Origin: Promethearchaeota archaeon
GTDB lineage: Archaea; Asgardarchaeota; Lokiarchaeia; Sigyniarchaeales; SOKP01
Reading direction: 5' to 3'
NCBI GenBank assembly: GCA_016840165.1
Contig: JAEOSU010000051.1
Coordinates: 160,001-224,000, forward strand
Length of the DNA stretch: 64,000 bases
The notes beneath the pieces were generated by a model. That model saw nothing but the letters and a program-made list of their open reading frames with translations, ran no database searches and was not told the origin of the DNA. Both the position numbers and the translations under genes were made by a program. How positions within the stretch are numbered: position 1 is the first letter of the stretch; every line of letters begins with the position of its first letter. Shown piece after piece: positions 27,708-36,835 of the stretch.

Positions 27708-30698
27708 CTACATAGTTTCTCGGTATATTTGAACGATCTTTTTCTTCCTAATATTCCTCAACAATAACCTCATCCCTATTAGCACAAATATAATTGAAAT
27801 AGTAAATATAATAATCATATTAGATAGTGGAAATGTGGGAGTGTTCGGTAAATCACTTAATACATTAATAGAGGTTGCTAGTAATAGCCCAGTAGTCCAA
27901 CCCACTATAACCCCAACTGTTCCACTACTAAGCATTATTATTAAAGACTCAATTGTAAACAAGTGATTAATTTCTTTTCCTTTCAATCCTAAAGTTCTAA
28001 TAATTCCAATTTCCTTTTTCCTTTCAATAATCGTAGAATAGGATGAGGAAAGTAAACCAAATAGACATATTACGATTGTAGCATCTAATGTCATACTAAA
28101 AAAGGTATCTAAAATAGAAAACATAGATAAACCACCTGATACACTCTGCTCTAAATTATTAATCTCAAAATCATATAATCTCCTATTTGCATCTTCAATT
28201 TGGGTTAGTATTGATTGGGATGCGGACAAACTTGTTGTTCTTAATTGTATAAATATTTTGTCGAGATAAGGGATCGGAGGTATATCTAAAATATTCATAT
28301 AAGTTTCCTTTGATATCATCACACCTCCTCCAACGGCAGAAGAGCTTGATCGTGCGAATTGGCTTGAAAAACCTGGCATAGTTGCAGCAACTCCAACTAC
28401 TATAAACTCATAAATTTGCACCTCATCTCCTCTGTTAATCGTAATACTCACCACATCATTGAGTTGTAAATCTAAATTCACAGAAATTCCTTCAGAGATG
28501 ATACAAGTATATCTTTGTTGAAAGTTAAATAGATTATCAAAACTATTTACCAAATCTCCTTGAGTAAATTCGATATACTCTGTCTTAATAGTTGAGGGTA
28601 ATTTCTCATCTATACCTATTAAACTAACTTCTTGGGTGGTTAATCCTGCAAAATCTCCGATCTCTGCTGAAAACTCTTGATTATCTTCAGCATAAATCTG
28701 CGTTAAATGATACGGACTTGCTATGACAGATGAAACGCGTTCAATTCCATCCAATTTTAAGAGTACTTTTTCGAAATCTACTGTCAAAATTCTGCTAGGG
28801 TCAACAGAAAATTCAGGATCTATAGTTGTTTCTATTGTTCCTCCCCCTCCTCCACCAACAAAACCGCCTCCAAATCCAATACCCCCAACCTCTTCTGGAT
28901 CTTGCCACCCCTCCGTTTCTATCACCAGATCTGCACCATAATTCAGGTTTGCTCCAATAACCACTTGATCAGAGAGAAATTTAAAAGCTCCAGAAGTGAA
29001 AATTACGAATGAAAAAGTAAAGGCGAAAATTAATATTGTACTTTGATTTCGCCTTGCATATCTAAAAATAAAGATTTTATAAACTGGTGCTAACTTCCTT
29101 GAAAAGAATCTAAAGAGCTGAATGAAAATTCGCAAGATTAATGGCATCAAACCTAAACCTGCTAATGTTGTTCCTATTAAAAAAATGATTAAGAGTGCGA
29201 TTAAAGTCCCTGATATTAGAGCAAGATCCATCGCAACCATTATTCGCGGGATAATAAACAGAACAAAAGCAGCATTTATAGTAAGAATGATTCCAATAAT
29301 AATCAGTTTATAATTTACTGAAGCTTTTCTCTGAAGGTGATATAAAGTATCCTCATGTCGGTAGGGGTGAATAGATTCAATTAATTGGAGTTTCATTACT
29401 TTTATTGCGGGGGAAATGCTAACAAACAAACCAACACAAATTCCTATTAAATAAGATATAATAATTGATATTAGTGTAAATGAAAACTTTACATTCCCAG
29501 CTAACCCTGGGATTGAATTAGATACAATAATTTCAGCGATAGGGATAACAATGTTTTGAGTAGCTAAAAAAGCAATAATAATCCCAAATATGGTTCCAAA
29601 ATTTACTAATAGAAATCCTTGTACGAGTACAATTGCAAGATTATATTTTTTGGTTGAACCTAGGGTCCGAAAGATGCCAAACTCACGAATTCTTTCTTCA
29701 ACAGACGTCTTTAATATCCCATTTATCAATACACCTGAAATTAACATCGAAATCATAGAGACAAAGACAAATATAATAGTGATACCTACACTCAGAAATT
29801 CAGCGAAGGCTAGAACATCTAATTTCGGTAAATCGATAAAATATTCGTTTATCCCAATTACAATCTGTACCTCACCCGCAATGTCCCTTACACGATTTTC
29901 AGAGCCATCCAAATCCCGAGCATCATAAAAGCTACCAGCGGAATCAAGAGTTACGATTAAATCATTGCATCGTCCATTAAACGTTTCGTTTCCAAAAATT
30001 TCATATAATGTTTCGATATCAACAACAATTAAAGGGCGATTTTCATATCTAATTGGCCATTTCAATTGAAAGTCAAAAATCTTATCGACGGTAAAATTCT
30101 GGATACGGGATATATATTGATCTCCATGCCATAACCCCATTCTTATTTCAATGGTATCATTAACTGCATAATTAATAATGTCATTAAACTCATAGTAAAT
30201 TGCACAATGATATAATGGTAAATCATTGAGCGCTAATAGCGCATTTGAATTTGGTCTAATAAAACTTCCAAATCCTATACTGTTTTCTAATGTAAAGTTT
30301 ATTCCGGAAAGAAGCACCGATTCACGAGAATTTGATAAAGCGGGGGTATCTTTGCCAACAGAAACATTTACATTTCCCCAGACTTCCATCCGAGGGATAA
30401 AATTATCAATATAATTTACGTTTGTTTTAATTGATTGTATTAAAGGATTAAATTCAAAATAATCAGAACGATTATCAGGTTCATTATTGTAATGTCTAAC
30501 GTTAATAACCATATCCTGCCCTCCCGCATCAATACTGAGGTAATCAATAAACGTAACGGAAATCGAATCCGAAAGAAATAGGACTAATGATAAAAGAGCA
30601 ATTGAAATGGTGACTCCGATTATTGCAATAGTCGTCCTTACTTTTTGACGTGACAGATCCTTGAACGCATACTTAAATATTAATTTTATGTTAGACAT
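27708..30698 (-). CDS. FtsX/MacB-type ABC permease 1 (two extracytoplasmic domains, ~10 TM)
   Basis: EERIREFGIFRTLG and IERKKEIGIIRTLG. Paralog of 15937..18918. Confidence 0.88.
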   Translation of the reverse strand: MSNIKLIFKYAFKDLSRQKVRTTIAIIGVTISIALLSLVLFLSDSISVTFIDYLSIDAGGQDMVINVRHYNNEPDNRSDYFEFNPLIQSIKTNVNYIDNFIPRMEVWGNVNVSVGKDTPALSNSRESVLLSGINFTLENSIGFGSFIRPNSNALLALNDLPLYHCAIYYEFNDIINYAVNDTIEIRMGLWHGDQYISRIQNFTVDKIFDFQLKWPIRYENRPLIVVDIETLYEIFGNETFNGRCNDLIVTLDSAGSFYDARDLDGSENRVRDIAGEVQIVIGINEYFIDLPKLDVLAFAEFLSVGITIIFVFVSMISMLISGVLINGILKTSVEERIREFGIFRTLGSTKKYNLAIVLVQGFLLVNFGTIFGIIIAFLATQNIVIPIAEIIVSNSIPGLAGNVKFSFTLISIIISYLIGICVGLFVSISPAIKVMKLQLIESIHPYRHEDTLYHLQRKASVNYKLIIIGIILTINAAFVLFIIPRIMVAMDLALISGTLIALLIIFLIGTTLAGLGLMPLILRIFIQLFRFFSRKLAPVYKIFIFRYARRNQSTILIFAFTFSFVIFTSGAFKFLSDQVVIGANLNYGADLVIETEGWQDPEEVGGIGFGGGFVGGGGGGTIETTIDPEFSVDPSRILTVDFEKVLLKLDGIERVSSVIASPYHLTQIYAEDNQEFSAEIGDFAGLTTQEVSLIGIDEKLPSTIKTEYIEFTQGDLVNSFDNLFNFQQRYTCIISEGISVNLDLQLNDVVSITINRGDEVQIYEFIVVGVAATMPGFSSQFARSSSSAVGGGVMISKETYMNILDIPPIPYLDKIFIQLRTTSLSASQSILTQIEDANRRLYDFEINNLEQSVSGGLSMFSILDTFFSMTLDATIVICLFGLLSSSYSTIIERKKEIGIIRTLGLKGKEINHLFTIESLIIMLSSGTVGVIVGWTTGLLLATSINVLSDLPNTPTFPLSNMIIIFTISIIFVLIGMRLLLRNIRKKKIVQIYRETM

Positions 30699-30749
30699 TT
30701 GTGATATAACTTTAGATTTTAGTCATAATTTCATATCATAAGTTTCGAT

Positions 30750-31928
30750 TTAAAATAAAAGTAATAAATTTCCTTCAATATTAGCATTAAGACTATTCTC
30801 TTCGATTAACTCCTTTAATACATCATCAAAATGTTCTGGCAAATTCAATAAAATCGAATTTGGTATACTCGCTTTCATATCATTAATATTAATTTCAACT
30901 TTTCCCTGATTTGTGTAAAGATATTTGAAAATCATATTTTTTACTTTTTCTTTATTGATTTCTGCTTCTTTTTTTCGACTTACTTCCATTGCTTCCGTCT
31001 CTTTTAGACCATCAACTTTTCCTTCATGAGTGAGTTTACCGTCTCTCATATGAAAAACGCGGGTTGCAAACTCAGTAACTGCCGCATCATGGCTCACAGA
31101 AACAAAAGTAGCGCCCCTTCGGTTTAAATCTCTCAGAAGGTTTAACACCATTACTCCTGTCTTACTATCAAGATCGCCAGTTGGTTCATCGAGTATTATC
31201 AATGCGGGATCATTTGAGAAGGCTCTTGCTATTGCCACTCTCTGTTGTTCTCCTCCAGATAATTCAGATGGAGTATGGTGCGCCCTTTCTTCTAAACCAA
31301 CTAATCTTAATAGATCAAGTGCTTTTTTCCTCTTACCTCTTTTACTTAACTTCCCTGAAAAATGCAATGGAACCATAACATTTTCTAATGCGGTCATTTG
31401 GGGTAAAAGATTATAAAATTGGAATACAAAACCAATCCGTTCCTTTCTAATTTCTGCGAGATCATTATCGTTTAACATTGAGATATTTCTTCCTTCCAAA
31501 AAGATTTTGCCTCTCGTGGGTGTATCTAATCCTCCAATTAGGTTTAAAAGAGTCGTTTTCCCCGATCCTGATGGCCCCATAATATCAATAAAATCTCCTT
31601 TATCAATTTTTAGGTCAACTCCTCGTAAAGCTGCGACTGCCGTCGTGCCAAGCAAGTACGTCTTATGCAGATTCTCAACGACAATTAAATGCTCATAATC
31701 CTTTCCAACTTCCTTACCATCTTTCAAATCTTTCTTTAATTGTCTCTTCTCTTCACGTGACTCAGTAAGTAGCTCTATTTTCTGTTTTTTAATTTCGTTC
31801 TTTTGCTTTTTTTTCTGCCATTTTTTAAAGTCTTTACTTAATTTGCCTTTCCAAATCGCCAATTTTCCTGTTTCTTGTTCATACTCCTCCATTTCTGGAG
31901 TTTTTCTTATATTAAAAGCATCTACCAT
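30750..31928 (-). CDS. LolD/MacB-family ABC ATP-binding protein with N- and C-terminal extensions
   Basis: GPSGSGKT, IGFVFQFYNL, LSGGEQQRVAIARA, ILDEPTGDLD, VSHD. Confidence 0.93.
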   Translation of the reverse strand: MVDAFNIRKTPEMEEYEQETGKLAIWKGKLSKDFKKWQKKKQKNEIKKQKIELLTESREEKRQLKKDLKDGKEVGKDYEHLIVVENLHKTYLLGTTAVAALRGVDLKIDKGDFIDIMGPSGSGKTTLLNLIGGLDTPTRGKIFLEGRNISMLNDNDLAEIRKERIGFVFQFYNLLPQMTALENVMVPLHFSGKLSKRGKRKKALDLLRLVGLEERAHHTPSELSGGEQQRVAIARAFSNDPALIILDEPTGDLDSKTGVMVLNLLRDLNRRGATFVSVSHDAAVTEFATRVFHMRDGKLTHEGKVDGLKETEAMEVSRKKEAEINKEKVKNMIFKYLYTNQGKVEININDMKASIPNSILLNLPEHFDDVLKELIEENSLNANIEGNLLLLF

Positions 31929-32174
31929 AATATCTTCACATTAAATTGAAATGAATCGATTAAATTTATTCTCAAATCGTTTAATTATAAAAATTTAAGT
32001 TAACAATCCTATAATGTTTTATGAATATTCTTAGAGTTAGAAAAGTTATTAAAATTTAATAAACCTTGAGTTTCTAATTTAATAGAACTTCTCTCTATTC
32101 TGCCTATATCAAATAACCTTATAATTTTATAAAAATGAAATAGATAAAATCTGAGATTGTCAAACTTTAGTGTA

Positions 32175-32906
32175 TTATTCCTCACTTTTACTAAGCCAGT
32201 TCATAATTAATTTACTTATTTCCTGTTCTGCTTGTTTTTTTGTTTTACTTGGATTAGACTTCAGGTTTTTGGGTAATTTCAAAAGCTTTTTTCCTTTTTG
32301 ATCAAGGATTTTTGGATTTTTCGCTATCCATTGGAGATTGTGTTGAGCACCCACCGCAAGGTATTGGTATTCAATTATAGGTGTAATATTATATCTTTCT
32401 TGGATTAGCTCTAATAAATCATTCTTAGGTGAATAAGAATAATCTGCAACGATTTCATCCCAATCAGTAAAAAACCTATCAACAATTTTAGTTTTTACGG
32501 CTAATAAATCCTCTTTAGCATCTATAAATATTGCGCCACATAATGCCTCAAACACATCAGAGATAATAGAAGAATCTTTAATGTTTTGATTGCTTGATGC
32601 GTATATATAATTCCATAATTTCATTTTAGTGGCAATCCTTCGAAAAGCCTGATTACTTTCAAGGCATTGCTTAATCTTGGTTAAATTTCCAGGGGTTTCT
32701 ACTCCAAAATCTTTATATAGTTTTATACTAAGTATGAGTTTTATTACCGCATCTCCTAAAGTTTCTAAAATTTCATAATGAGCTATATTAAGCTCATTTC
32801 CTAATTGCGGTGTGGTTAACGCTTGACGTAAGATCGATGGATCGTTAAAGGTATAGTGAATGTATTTTTGAAGCTCGCTTAATTTATATTCGTCGTGCAT
32901 TTTCAT
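32175..32906 (-). CDS. rnc: Ribonuclease III (RNase III domain plus dsRBD)
   Basis: YEILETLGDAV and SDVFEALCGAIFID retain the catalytic acidic residues. dsRBD-like PKNDLLELIQ...SKTKKQAEQ. Confidence 0.85.
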   Translation of the reverse strand: MKMHDEYKLSELQKYIHYTFNDPSILRQALTTPQLGNELNIAHYEILETLGDAVIKLILSIKLYKDFGVETPGNLTKIKQCLESNQAFRRIATKMKLWNYIYASSNQNIKDSSIISDVFEALCGAIFIDAKEDLLAVKTKIVDRFFTDWDEIVADYSYSPKNDLLELIQERYNITPIIEYQYLAVGAQHNLQWIAKNPKILDQKGKKLLKLPKNLKSNPSKTKKQAEQEISKLIMNWLSKSEE

Positions 32907-32946
32907 AACTAATTTTTGGAAAAATTTAAAAATTTATACTCGCCAT

Positions 32947-33390
32947 ATGTATTATATGAAACCAGAAGAAATTGATAAAACACTTTTACTAATAAATGAT
33001 TTGGACGAAAAAAGAAAGCAAATCCATTCTCTGCTTTCCAAAATGGCAGTATCATCACGATTAGATCTCCTTGAAGAGATCACAAAAGACGTGCTAGATA
33101 AGAATGTTGCTCTTCAAGAAATGGGATATACACAAGAAAAAGTAAAAGCAAGTGAAAGCGATGGAGAAAGTGAATCACAAACAATTATGAATACTATTGA
33201 TAACCTTATATCAAATATTAAAACTAATCCTTCCATTAAAATAATTTACATTAAACTTTTCTTAGACAGGTTTCATGAAATTTCTGATCAAGATAAAAAC
33301 GCGATTCTCCAAGATGTTAAGGACTTAGATCCTGATAAATTAAAAGAAAAGTTATTACCTCTAATTTCTATATTCGAATTGGATAAATAG
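32947..33390 (+). CDS. Hypothetical helical protein
   Basis: 147-aa ORF with no opposite-strand gene conflict and no recognisable motif. Confidence 0.6.
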   Translation: MYYMKPEEIDKTLLLINDLDEKRKQIHSLLSKMAVSSRLDLLEEITKDVLDKNVALQEMGYTQEKVKASESDGESESQTIMNTIDNLISNIKTNPSIKIIYIKLFLDRFHEISDQDKNAILQDVKDLDPDKLKEKLLPLISIFELDK

Positions 33391-33432
33391 AAACTTAAAA
33401 AGAAAAGCATGAAAAAGAAGTGTTCTTCTTAC

Positions 33433-33831
33433 TTAATCATACTTAAATAGGTCTAGCAGTACAAGTACGTTCTTAATGCCCCGGATTTTAATTCGAAAAG
33501 TTAATATTTTTGCAATAATGCTTCCCATTGAAACATTTTCACCACCAAGTAGATCAACAAACGTTTCTGTTTTCGTTTGGAGAAGTCCATCCCAACCCGC
33601 ATTTTTCTTTTTGATATTCTCCTTTGGTTCATTTTTTATTCCTTCAACGTATATCTTTCCGTGGTCTATAATAAGCATAGCTGCCCATTTACCATCTTTC
33701 GCATTAAGTAAAATTTTCAATTCTCTATCCTTGAAATCTTCCCTAAATTTCTCAATTTCATTAAGAGGTTCAACTTGCTTTGAGACTATCCCAGCAAAAC
33801 CTCTTAATTTTTTCTTTTTTTCCTCAGTCAT
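33433..33831 (-). CDS. SCP2 (sterol carrier protein 2)-like lipid-binding protein
   Basis: LIIDHGKIYV...DGLLQTKTETFVDLLGG...ILTFRIKIRG matches the SCP2 pattern. Confidence 0.6.
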   Translation of the reverse strand: MTEEKKKKLRGFAGIVSKQVEPLNEIEKFREDFKDRELKILLNAKDGKWAAMLIIDHGKIYVEGIKNEPKENIKKKNAGWDGLLQTKTETFVDLLGGENVSMGSIIAKILTFRIKIRGIKNVLVLLDLFKYD

Positions 33832-33955
33832 ATTATCATATCACTTTTTTCCTATATGAAAGTTAATTTGATTAAATATGATATAAAGTTTTAATTTTTC
33901 TATATTTTACTAATAGAAATTATAAGGAAGAAAAATAAGTCTAATACGTAATGTG

Positions 33956-34204
33956 TTAATACCCATCTGCTTCAGATAAATCAAAGAATTCTTCGTAGGC
34001 TTTTCTATCTTGATCCGATATTCTCTCGCCTCTTAATCCTTCTTTAACAACGATTGGAGCAGTTTCTTTTTCATCGTGTTTTATAGTTTTCACTAATTTG
34101 TAATTTTCTCCTTTATCTAACTCAAATTCAAGATCACAAGCTTTACAGTATAGCTTCTTATTTTTCGGGATCAATATATTATCGCAATTTGGACAGAAAC
34201 GCAC
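33956..34204 (-). CDS. RpoM/TFS-like protein with the N-terminal zinc ribbon only
   Basis: MRFCPNCDNILIP...LYCKACD, with no second ribbon. AGGTGA SD upstream of a GTG start. Confidence 0.75.
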   Translation of the reverse strand: MRFCPNCDNILIPKNKKLYCKACDLEFELDKGENYKLVKTIKHDEKETAPIVVKEGLRGERISDQDRKAYEEFFDLSEADGY

Positions 34205-34516
34205 CGTTTAATATCACCTAACTATTTTATGTGTTTACTATTTTGTTCAAGTATTTGTATTAGGATATATAAAAAATATAACTCACTTATAAATTTACTC
34301 AAAAAATACCTTAAACCATAAGATTTGTCATCATTTACATATTTAAATTTTTCGAATTCTTTATTTATGTGTTGATAAAGATCTGATTATTTTCTATAAG
34401 CTACTACCTTTTAGAACCCCTCTACTTTTTCTTAAAATGGTTATTTAAGTAAATGTAAAATTTTAATGGTTTAGTATATTCTAAATTATAATTATTTTAA
34501 GAAAAAATTGATACAG

Positions 34517-35236
34517 ATGGTAAATATTAAATCTGATATTCTTGTTATTGGTCATAAAGGAGCAAGCAAGACGGAACCAGAAAATACTTTAAGGTCATTC
34601 AAACGTGCAATCGACTTGGAAGCAGATTTTATTGAATTAGATGTCCAGTTTTCAAAAGATAAAGAGATTGTGGTATTCCATGATTATGATATAGAAAGAA
34701 TAACGGGTCAAGACGGATATATTGAAGAGATGACTGTTAAGGAATTGAAACAATATGATATTGGAGAGGGTGAGTCGATACCAACCTTAAAAGAAGTTAT
34801 TTCTCTTACTAAAGGTAAAATTGGTTTACAGATTGAATTAAAAGAAGAAGGAACTGGAAAAGTCGTCATTGATATGCTTAGAGACGCAAATCTCATCGAT
34901 TCTACCATTATAAGTTCATTTAATCATAAAGAATTATTAATAGTACAAAAAATTGAACCGAGGATCCGACTAGGAGCATTAATTTCTGAAAGAGTTTCAA
35001 CTCCTTCAGATCTGAAAAAAGCTACTAAAAGGATTATTAAGAAAAAGTTTTTCGCAGTACATCCTCATTATGGAGGAGTAGATAAGGATTTAGTTGAATA
35101 TGCTCATAGTAATAATTTAAAGGTAAACGTATGGACTGTAAATGAAAAACAGGATATTCAGCGAATGATAGACATTGGTGTGGATGGAATTATTAGTGAT
35201 GATATTCCTTTACTTAAAAGCTTACTAGGTCGTTAA
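34517..35236 (+). CDS. Glycerophosphodiester phosphodiesterase
   Basis: IGHKGAS..PENTL, IELDVQ, VVFHD, IELK, SSFN, WTVN, DGIISD. Confidence 0.92.
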   Translation: MVNIKSDILVIGHKGASKTEPENTLRSFKRAIDLEADFIELDVQFSKDKEIVVFHDYDIERITGQDGYIEEMTVKELKQYDIGEGESIPTLKEVISLTKGKIGLQIELKEEGTGKVVIDMLRDANLIDSTIISSFNHKELLIVQKIEPRIRLGALISERVSTPSDLKKATKRIIKKKFFAVHPHYGGVDKDLVEYAHSNNLKVNVWTVNEKQDIQRMIDIGVDGIISDDIPLLKSLLGR

Positions 35237-35305
35237 TTAAATTTACCCATTTAACAAAATATTTTAGGCAAAGAACACTATTTCATTTAATCCTTTAAAT
35301 CATTT

Positions 35306-36832
35306 ATGGACTTTCTATTGAAGATAATGACAATTGAAACTAATTCTATTGTTCAAGAATTCGAAAAATTATTTTATCCGAGAGCAATAGGTATTATTGG
35401 AGCCTCCTACAACCCTGCGGGAGGGGGTTATTTTGTTGATATTATGCGCGGAAGGTTTCGAAATCCAGTTTATCTCTTTAATCCACGCTTAGCAGGTGAA
35501 GAGTTATATGGTTATAAGGTTTATAGCTCAATTTTAGAAATTCCTGAAGAAAATCCCATAGATTATGTAATTATAGGAGTACCAGCCAAGATTGTTCCGG
35601 GAATTTTAGAAGAAATTGGTCAAAAAAGAGTTCCCTTTGTTACGATTTTTGCCTCAGGATTTGGTGAAGTAGGAAATTTAGAATTAGAAAAACAAGTACT
35701 TTCTATAGCAAAGAAATATAATATTCGCATTATTGGTCCCAACTGTTTGGGTATATACAATCCTGAAGTAGGTCTTTATATAGGGAGAGGACAATCTAAG
35801 AAAGCGGGTAATTTTGGAGCCGTTCTCCAATCAGGAGGGTTAGCCGTAAATGTAGCACAGTTAGCGGTTGCATATGGTATTGAAGTTTCAAAAATGATTT
35901 CCATAGGTAATGCCATAGATCTGTCCCATCCAGATTTTTTAGAGTATTTCCTAAATGATAATAAGACAGCGATTATCGGACTTTATCTCGAAAATTTAAA
36001 AACCAGAGAAAATGGTCGAAGATTTATGGAAGCAGCAAAAGCGTGTAGCCTGAATCGTAAACCCGTCATACTATGGAGAGCAGGATATGGAGAAACCACG
36101 AAAAAAGCCATAATGTCTCATACAGGAGGTCTTGCAGGAAATAACAAAATATGGGAAGCTGTTGCAAAGCAGACGGGATGCTTGTTAGTAAGAAATTCCA
36201 CTGAGTTAGCTGCTTTAGGAAGTGCTTTTAAATTAACCCGTCTTCCAAGTACCAGAAATATAGGTCTAATAGGTATTGGTGGAGGTTCTACTATCGAAGC
36301 AGGAGATACATTGGAAAAATATAATATCAAGATTCCACGTTTAACCGATAAAACGATTCAGAAAATGGGGCGATTCCTCAATGATGTCAATACTAATTTT
36401 AGCAATCCAATTGACCTTGGTGCTCAGGGAGCACTCCCTAATATTTATTATAGAACTATATTAACCTTAGATAAAGATCCTAACATTTCTGCGATAATAT
36501 TTGTTAAGGATCCAGAACGATTTGGAAATCTTCAAAGTTCGTTAATTAGTCAAATGGGATTCGATCAAGGGACCGATCTAAATAGAGCATTTATTAAATA
36601 TATAGGTAAAGCAAAAAGACTTTGTAAAAAACCGATGATCTGCGTAATGCTAAAAATCTCTGAGGGATTTGAAGAGTATAAGAGTCGGTATAAGTTCAAG
36701 TTAAGATTATTAAACCGCAATGTTCCTGTCTTTGAAAACTTTGATATTGCAGGAATGGTTATAGATCGAATGAATACCTATCGAGAATTTTTACAGAAAC
36801 ATGGGAAATATCCAAAGAATCCTGCCATATAA
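35306..36832 (+). CDS. ADP-forming acyl-CoA synthetase alpha-subunit-like CoA-binding protein
   Basis: IGIIGAS, ASGFGE, RIIGPNCLG, QSGG, SHTGGLAG (phospho-His), NPIDL. Confidence 0.85.
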   Translation: MDFLLKIMTIETNSIVQEFEKLFYPRAIGIIGASYNPAGGGYFVDIMRGRFRNPVYLFNPRLAGEELYGYKVYSSILEIPEENPIDYVIIGVPAKIVPGILEEIGQKRVPFVTIFASGFGEVGNLELEKQVLSIAKKYNIRIIGPNCLGIYNPEVGLYIGRGQSKKAGNFGAVLQSGGLAVNVAQLAVAYGIEVSKMISIGNAIDLSHPDFLEYFLNDNKTAIIGLYLENLKTRENGRRFMEAAKACSLNRKPVILWRAGYGETTKKAIMSHTGGLAGNNKIWEAVAKQTGCLLVRNSTELAALGSAFKLTRLPSTRNIGLIGIGGGSTIEAGDTLEKYNIKIPRLTDKTIQKMGRFLNDVNTNFSNPIDLGAQGALPNIYYRTILTLDKDPNISAIIFVKDPERFGNLQSSLISQMGFDQGTDLNRAFIKYIGKAKRLCKKPMICVMLKISEGFEEYKSRYKFKLRLLNRNVPVFENFDIAGMVIDRMNTYREFLQKHGKYPKNPAI

Positions 36833-36835
36833 AAA

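Noticed and set aside
32046-32062. TTATTAAA-A-TTTAATAA palindrome upstream of the ABC operon (similar at ~2372)
   Set aside because: All A/T and overlapping TATA-like words; expected by chance or simply a promoter.
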